This document shows, one piece after another, positions 35,407 to 40,127 of a stretch of DNA of 40,127 nucleotides. Each line of letters begins with the position of its first letter. Within the stretch, counting starts at the first letter, position 1. A program made the position numbers and the translations under genes. The DNA lies in NCBI GenBank assembly GCA_964611365.1, contig CAZSYS010000001.1, forward strand, positions 17,565 through 57,691. The letters run 5' to 3'. Under the pieces are notes generated by a model. It worked only from the letters and a program-made list of their open reading frames with translations. It did not search any database and was not told the origin of the DNA. The DNA comes from an uncultured Planctomycetales bacterium. GTDB taxonomy: Bacteria; Planctomycetota; Phycisphaerae; UBA1845; PWPN01.

Positions 35407-36263
35407 GCGGACGCGTCCGGCAGGGTCGTCTCCGGGGCGGCGCCGTCGGGGCCCGGGCCGGAATCCTCGAACCGGGCCGGGTTCTCGACGGCATCGGCGG
35501 CCAGAGCGGGCAGGTCGTAGCGCACCCACTGCAGGCACAGGCCGCGGGCCGGGACCGTCGGCCCGGCCTGGGATCGGTCGCGGCCGGCGATGATCGCGCC
35601 GACCCGCTCCGGCGGCCAGTGCCCCCGGCCGACCTCCAGCAGCGTACCGACCATGTTGCGCACCTGGTTGTAGAGAAAACCGGTGCCCTCGACGTCGATC
35701 CGGATCTCCTCGTAGCAGCGTTCGACGCGGACCTGCAGGATCGTCCGCACCGTGTTTTCCCGCTCGCTGCCGCGGGTGGCGAAGGCCGAGCAGTCGTAGG
35801 TGCCGATCATGTATCGCGCCGCGGCCCGCATGGCCTCGATGTCCAGCGGATGCCAGACGTGATAGACGTAGGCCTGGCGGTGGCGCTCGACCGGCCGGTT
35901 GGGGTGGTTGTAGATCGTGTAGCGGTAGAGCTTCGACAGCGGGCTGCGGCAGGCCTGGAAGTCCGGCGGCACCTCGCGGGCGTGGAACACCGAGACGTCC
36001 TTGGGCAGCCGGCTGCCGATCGCCCGCCGCAGGTTCTCGCACGGGATGTCGCACTCGGTGCGGAAGTTGGCAACCTGGCCGACGGCGTGCACCCCGGCGT
36101 CGGTCCGCCCGGATCCGGTCAATCCGACCTGGTGCCGGACGACGCGCCGGACGGCCTGTTCGACCACCTCCTGAACGGTGCGAACATCGGCCTGGGTCTG
36201 CCAGCCGTGGAATTCGGTGCCGTCGTAGGCCAGCAGGAGACGGATGTTGCGCACGGGCATCAA
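35403..36263 (-). CDS. truA: tRNA pseudouridine(38-40) synthase TruA
   Basis: Motifs are IRLLLAYDGTEFHGWQTQ, GSGRTDAGVHA and FLYNQVRNMVG. Confidence 0.9.
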   Translation of the reverse strand: MMPVRNIRLLLAYDGTEFHGWQTQADVRTVQEVVEQAVRRVVRHQVGLTGSGRTDAGVHAVGQVANFRTECDIPCENLRRAIGSRLPKDVSVFHAREVPPDFQACRSPLSKLYRYTIYNHPNRPVERHRQAYVYHVWHPLDIEAMRAAARYMIGTYDCSAFATRGSERENTVRTILQVRVERCYEEIRIDVEGTGFLYNQVRNMVGTLLEVGRGHWPPERVGAIIAGRDRSQAGPTVPARGLCLQWVRYDLPALAADAVENPARFEDSGPGPDGAAPETTLPDASA

Positions 36264-36368
36264 AGCATTTTATGCCCACCCGCCGGAGGCGTTCAACCGG
36301 CCGGCGGCGCGGCCGCGGGGCGGTCCGCAAGGCCGCCTCGGGGAGGGCGGGGACGCCGACCCGGCCCT

Positions 36369-37208
36369 TCAGGCGACCAGTTCGTTCTCGAGCTTGCCCT
36401 CGAAGCGCTGGCGGAGCCGGCTGATGACCTCCTTGTGGATCTGGCTGACCCGGGATTCCGAGAGGTCCAGCACCACGCCGATCTCGGCCATGGTCAGCTC
36501 CTCGTAGTAATAGAGGATCAGCACAAGCCGTTCCTCGCGGCTGAGCCCCCGGGTGATGTATTCAATGAGCATGGTCCGGGCCATCCGGGCCGAAGGGTCG
36601 GTCTGATGGGGGTCGCCGACGTCCCACGACCGCTCGCTGGAGCGCCCGCGGGAGTCCAGGCCGTCGCGGGGATCCATCGCGGAGAAGTGCACTTCGCGCC
36701 CGAGCTGGGAAATCCTGGCCAGCTGCTCGTAGCGCTCCTGCGAGACGTTCATGCGCCGGGCGAGCTCGTCGTGCATCGGCGGGCGGCCAAGCTCGGCGTC
36801 CAGCGCCTCGCGGACGCTCATGCGGCGTTTCTCGAACGTTCGCACCGTCCGGGACTGGGTGTCCAGGCTGCGGAGCCAGTCCATCACCGCGCCGATGATC
36901 CGCTGCTGGCAGAAGGTCTCGAACTTGGCCTTGCGGGAGGGGTCGTAGCTTTCGACCGCCTCGATCAGCCCGTCGTAGCCGGCGCTGCAGATCTCGTCGT
37001 ACCCGACCTGCGCCGGCAGCTTGCGCGACAGCCGGGCCGCCTGGATGTGGACCAGCGGGGCGTAGTTCTCCACCAGCCGGTTCCTGGAGGGGATGTCCTT
37101 GCGTGAAAGATACCTCTTCCACAAACGCCGGATCTGAAGGTCCTGCCGGTTTGCGTCCTTCCTGTCCGCGTTCTGCCTGCTCGCGTCCTGCCTGTCTGCC
37201 GCCTTCAT
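36369..37208 (-). CDS. fliA: RNA polymerase sigma factor, FliA/WhiG (sigma-28) family
   Basis: The region 2 motif is LVENYAPLVHIQAARL ... YDGLIEAVESYDP. Region 4.2 is LSREERLVLILYYYEELTMAEIGVVLDLSESRVSQIHKEVISRLR. No flagellar genes are in the window. Confidence 0.75.
   Translation of the reverse strand: MKAADRQDASRQNADRKDANRQDLQIRRLWKRYLSRKDIPSRNRLVENYAPLVHIQAARLSRKLPAQVGYDEICSAGYDGLIEAVESYDPSRKAKFETFCQQRIIGAVMDWLRSLDTQSRTVRTFEKRRMSVREALDAELGRPPMHDELARRMNVSQERYEQLARISQLGREVHFSAMDPRDGLDSRGRSSERSWDVGDPHQTDPSARMARTMLIEYITRGLSREERLVLILYYYEELTMAEIGVVLDLSESRVSQIHKEVISRLRQRFEGKLENELVA
37137..37197 (-). repeat. four imperfect 15-bp tandem repeats encoding (D/S/N)R(Q/K)(D/N)(A/L) pentapeptides
   Basis: Plus-strand units aggtcctgccggttt / gcgtccttcctgtcc / gcgttctgcctgctc / gcgtcctgcctgtct match 11-13 of 15 positions. 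They translate on the minus strand as DRQDA SRQNA DRKDA NRQDL, directly after the fliA start. Confidence 0.7.
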
Positions 37209-37874
37209 GGCCAGCCTCCCGGAAGAGTCTCAGGGTGCGAAGCGACGGCATCGTGGGCCGGCCCGGATCTCCGGCGGGGAGAACGGGACCGCGGGCCGCA
37301 CGCGCCGACGCGCAACGATTCGCGAAGCCCTCTTCGAATGTCAGGTCGAAGTCGTTCCGGCGAGGAAGTGAAACGCCTCCGTGCCGGACTTCTCGCGACG
37401 ATCTTCCTTGACGCCGCGGAAACCCGCGCTGGAGTGCCAAGATCTCAGCACCACAGCCGATGCTTCAGGCCGGAAAGCCCGAGCAGGAGCGGCGGGGCTG
37501 CAACGCATGGCCTCACCCGCGCTGCGATCTCGTAAGTACATATAACCGAAAGGCCGGCAAACGCAACCCGAAAAAGCGTCGTGCCGCGTTTTTTTTTGAG
37601 CCGCCTGGAATCTCCCTCGCCCCGCGCCGGGGGACGGCGGGTTGATGCCCCATGCCCGGTCTGACCGCCGGGATGCAAATGCAGCGCCGGCCGGACACGC
37701 GGCCTCCGCCGGCGGCGGCAATCCACGCCCTGGCGAAAATCCGTCGCAACGCTGCGCGAGCATCCGGGGCCGTCGGAGCTTAGGGCTGTGCGGAGGTCCG
37801 CCCTGCAAGGCTGAGAGCCTCTGCTCGGACCGGCGGGAGCGGCTGTCCGGCGCCGGATACCGGTCGGCGCTGCC

Positions 37875-39125
37875 TCAGGATGAGGATGCCACGAGGATGA
37901 AGTTCAGGATCAGCGAGATGCCCAGGAGGGCGCCAAGGATGATGATCGCCAGCCAGAGCTTGCCGGGAACCGGAGCCGGGCTGGCCTGAACCGGCACGGG
38001 CGCCGGCGGAGCCTCGGTAAGACCCCCGTCGGCCAGTTCCGCCAGCACGTTGGCGTTCAACTGCTGCCGGGCCATCAGCGGAGGCTCGCCGCGGGCGATG
38101 GCTTCCAGGTCGGCCAGCAGGTCCGACCAGCTGGGATAGCGATCCTGCCGCTTCTTGGCCATCATTCGCTCGATGATCTCGCCGACGCCGGCCGAAAGGG
38201 TCGGAACGATGTGATCCGGGGGCACCACGGGCTCCTTGAGATGCTTGTTCATCACCGCCGAGGGGGTCGAACCCTCGAAGGGCACCTTGCCGGTCACCAT
38301 GTGGTAGAACGTGCAGCCCAGCGAGTACATGTCCGCGCGAAAGTCGATCCGCTCCTCGCCGCGGATCTGCTCGGGACTGATGTAGTACGGCGTCCCGTAG
38401 GCCCGGCCGGCCTCGGCCCGGGCGGCTTTCATGTCCGAGGTCTCGCGGGCCAGGCCCATGTCCGCCAGCTTGGCCACGTTGTCGCGGGTGAGCATGATGT
38501 TCTTGGGCTTGACGTCGCGGTGCACGAAGCCCCGGGCCGAGGCGTGCTCCAGCGCCCGGGTGACCTGGATGATGATCTTCAGGGCCTCCTTCTCGGAGTA
38601 GAGCCGTCCGGCCGCCAGATCGTCGTAGACCGTCTTGCCGTCGATGTACTCCATCACGAAGTAGTGGTAGCCCCCGGCGTTGCCGATCTCGATGGCCTGG
38701 ACGATGTTGTTGTGGTTCAGCCTGGCGGCCGCCCGGCCCTCCTTCCTGAAGCGCTCCACGAACTCCGGGTCCTCGCTGAGCTTCTTGGGCAGCACCTTGA
38801 TGGCCACCACCCGGTCGAGGCTCAGCTGCCGGGCCTTGAAAACCGTGGCCATCGCCCCGGCCCCCAGCTTGCCCAGGATCTGGTAGCCCGGAATCTGCTG
38901 GGCCTTCTTGGCGATGGAGTCCTCCATGTCGCCGCTGAGCCGCTGGAGCTGCGAGCGGGTGACATAGCCGGACTTGATCATCACCTCGCTCAGCGGAAGC
39001 TTCTTGCCCGTGGCGGCCAGTTCCTTCTGCTCGTTGATGCAGGCGTTCAGTTCCTCCGGGGTCACCAGCTTCTGCTCGACCGCCAGACGACCGATCACGG
39101 ATTCGCTGGGCAGGGCTTCGGACAT
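37875..39125 (-). CDS. Ser/Thr protein kinase, C-terminally tail-anchored, with GspE-N/MshEN-like N-terminal region
   Basis: Start at the ATG at 39125, with GGAGAGG about 6 nt upstream. Kinase motifs are GAGAMATVFKA, AIKVL, HRDVKPKNIML, DMGLAR and GTPYYISPEQ. The last about 28 aa, KLWLAIIILGALLGISLILNFILVASSS, form a TM helix. Confidence 0.85.
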   Translation of the reverse strand: MSEALPSESVIGRLAVEQKLVTPEELNACINEQKELAATGKKLPLSEVMIKSGYVTRSQLQRLSGDMEDSIAKKAQQIPGYQILGKLGAGAMATVFKARQLSLDRVVAIKVLPKKLSEDPEFVERFRKEGRAAARLNHNNIVQAIEIGNAGGYHYFVMEYIDGKTVYDDLAAGRLYSEKEALKIIIQVTRALEHASARGFVHRDVKPKNIMLTRDNVAKLADMGLARETSDMKAARAEAGRAYGTPYYISPEQIRGEERIDFRADMYSLGCTFYHMVTGKVPFEGSTPSAVMNKHLKEPVVPPDHIVPTLSAGVGEIIERMMAKKRQDRYPSWSDLLADLEAIARGEPPLMARQQLNANVLAELADGGLTEAPPAPVPVQASPAPVPGKLWLAIIILGALLGISLILNFILVASSS

Positions 39126-39204
39126 GCGAGGCCTCTCCGGGTGCCGCACGCCGGGCGCGATCCGGACATGAACCGCCGACCGCGGCCGTCGCACCGGTCT
39201 TTCT

Positions 39205-39234
39205 ACTCTATCGGACGCCGCCGACCGGCGGCAA
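39205..39234 (-). promoter_or_regulatory. candidate promoter TTGCCG-N18-TAGAGT (minus strand) with an embedded inverted repeat
   Basis: The reverse complement of 39229-39234 is TTGCCG and that of 39205-39210 is TAGAGT. The spacer contains GCCGCCG-ac-CGGCGGC (39217-39232). It is about 80 nt upstream of the kinase ATG. Confidence 0.3.
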
Positions 39235-39432
39235 GCGTCTTGCAGGCCCCCGGGTCCGGCCGGGGTCCGTGACCGCCTGGGCGGACTCCTTCCCGTCTCC
39301 AGGCGTCCGGCTTGAACGCCGGCAGGCGCGCACCCCTGGAATACGACCGCCGGCGATCACAACCCCCACGGGACAGCAGAAGCTCTGCCGCCCCGCCCGG
39401 GGTGATTGGCGACCGCCTGACTTGTCATCGAC

Positions 39433-39451
39433 CCGCCCGGCCAACGGGCGG
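39433..39451 (-). terminator. 7-bp GC hairpin just downstream of the GTPase stop (no clear U-run)
   Basis: CCGCCCG (39433-39439) pairs with CGGGCGG (39445-39451) around a 5-nt loop, 10 nt after the stop codon on the minus strand. Confidence 0.3.
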
Positions 39452-39460
39452 CCACGGAAC

Positions 39461-40127
39461 TCATGCTCCACCCAATAGCGACGCGAGCCCCTCCCGGGCC
39501 CGCGGCAGGTCCGGCGGCGAGGCGGCCAGCAGGTCCCGGATCTCCCGGCATCGCCGCCGCTGCCCGGCGGTCAGCGGGCCGACCACATGCTCCGGCGGCT
39601 CCAGCCCCAAGGCCTCACGGATCCGCCGCCGCAGGCCCGCCAGCCCCGCACCCGTCAGGGCGCTGACCGCCACCGGCGGCTCGTTCCTGCCTTCCAGCCG
39701 GCAGGTCCAGGCCGCGACGCACCCCAGGTCGGACTTATTGAGCACCCGCAGTCCCGGCACGTCGGGCGGGCGACCCGCAGCCAGGGCCACCATCTCGGCG
39801 TCCGACACGGCCCTGGAACCATCGAACACCTCCAGCACCAGGTCGGCGCGCCGCGCCTGAGCGGCCGCTCGACGGACGGCTTCGGCCTCCAGCGCATCGG
39901 AAGGCTCACGCAGGCCGGCCGTGTCCACCAGAATGCACGGAACGCCGTCGAGGCTGCCGGTATGCTCGGTCCAGTCGCGGGTGGTGCCCGCTCGGTCGCT
40001 GACGATGGCCCGGCCGGCGTCGGCCAGGGCGTTGGCCAGCGTGGACTTGCCGGCGTTCGGGGGGCCCAGCAGGACCACGCGGGCACCGTCGACCATCAGC
40101 CGGGCGGCCGGGGCGGCCCGGCACAGA
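39461..40127 (-). CDS. mnmE: MnmE/TrmE-like tRNA-modification GTPase, partial (N-terminus outside the window)
   Basis: The frame is open to the window edge. The G domain shows GPPNAGKSTLANAL, IVSDRAGTTRD, DTAGLRE, NKSD and SALTGAGL. The C-terminal tail is short and lacks the usual terminal C-[ILV]-G-K. Confidence 0.6.
   Translation of the reverse strand, partial: LCRAAPAARLMVDGARVVLLGPPNAGKSTLANALADAGRAIVSDRAGTTRDWTEHTGSLDGVPCILVDTAGLREPSDALEAEAVRRAAAQARRADLVLEVFDGSRAVSDAEMVALAAGRPPDVPGLRVLNKSDLGCVAAWTCRLEGRNEPPVAVSALTGAGLAGLRRRIREALGLEPPEHVVGPLTAGQRRRCREIRDLLAASPPDLPRAREGLASLLGGA

Noticed and set aside
33022-35520. 832-aa plus-strand ORF, and the upstream extensions of ORFs 32289-34109 (-) and 34234-36330 (-)
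   Set aside because: They run across rpmI/rplT or antisense to the GT4 and epimerase genes. The conserved protein starts (MRVLITGSSG at 33212 and MKIAHLITRL at 35406) define much shorter real genes.
37559-37597. T9 tract considered as an intrinsic terminator
   Set aside because: The only pairing upstream is a 6-bp A/T-containing stem with a 21-nt loop, or a 3-bp GC stem with a bulge. No plus-strand gene ends nearby. It is kept only as part of the gap finding.
37338-37808. ORFs in the fliA-kinase gap: 65 aa on the plus strand (37338-37535), and 155 aa (37341-37808) and 93 aa (37445-37726) on the minus strand
   Set aside because: They have no SD motifs, low-complexity Arg/Pro/Ala-rich sequences, and overlap one another in different frames.
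1-40127. Scan for CRISPR arrays, tRNA/rRNA/tmRNA, IS elements, integrases, reverse transcriptases and known defence-system genes
   Set aside because: By eye I saw no regularly spaced direct repeats, no tRNA-like T-arm (GGTTCGAATCC-type) motifs in the intergenic gaps, and no transposase, integrase or RT-like ORFs. This is a visual scan only. tRNAscan-SE, Infernal and a defence-system HMM search would be decisive.

Overview
This is a high-GC bacterial chromosomal segment. Gene content and protein style suggest a Planctomycetota/Phycisphaerae-like organism, but that is inference only. I call 34 protein-coding genes, one truncated at the right edge. I recognised no rRNA, tRNA, CRISPR array, transposase or integrase by eye. 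Layout: (i) 77-8095 is a carbohydrate-use block with ribulokinase, an unknown secreted helical-repeat protein, a phosphodiester glycosidase, an ACS-type MFS permease and two convergent URO-D-family paralogues. (ii) 8306-16130 holds an outer-membrane secretin module (small membrane protein, secretin, TPR lipoprotein) divergent from a four-gene minor-pseudopilin operon. (iii) 16131-17132 is a low-GC, almost gene-free gap with one small ORF that has good expression signals. (iv) 17133-27582 is mixed envelope, metabolic and housekeeping genes: LolA-like protein, 2-hydroxyacid dehydrogenase, sugar epimerase, a propeller/Ig-like protein with a [10 protein letters not shown]-terminal module, dipeptide epimerase plus macro domain, GT3 glycogen synthase, rsfS and a REC-XRE response regulator. 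(v) 27583-28241 is an AT-rich gap. (vi) 28242-40127 holds a GH78-like rhamnosidase, PfkB kinase, epimerase, rpmI-rplT, GT4-truA, a FliA-like sigma factor, a 666-bp gap, a tail-anchored Ser/Thr kinase and a partial MnmE-like GTPase. I did not find a clear-cut new system such as a defence island or retroelement. The best candidate for something undescribed is the pilus/secretion-like locus at 8.3-16.1 kb. Three of its pseudopilins have Ala rather than Gly at the predicted cleavage site. Three of its four subunits are fused to adhesin- or lectin-like modules. No major pilin, ATPase, platform protein or prepilin peptidase is in the window. Novelty cannot be established without database searches. 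Many long ORFs in the track are antisense or out-of-frame artefacts typical of high-GC DNA and were rejected.
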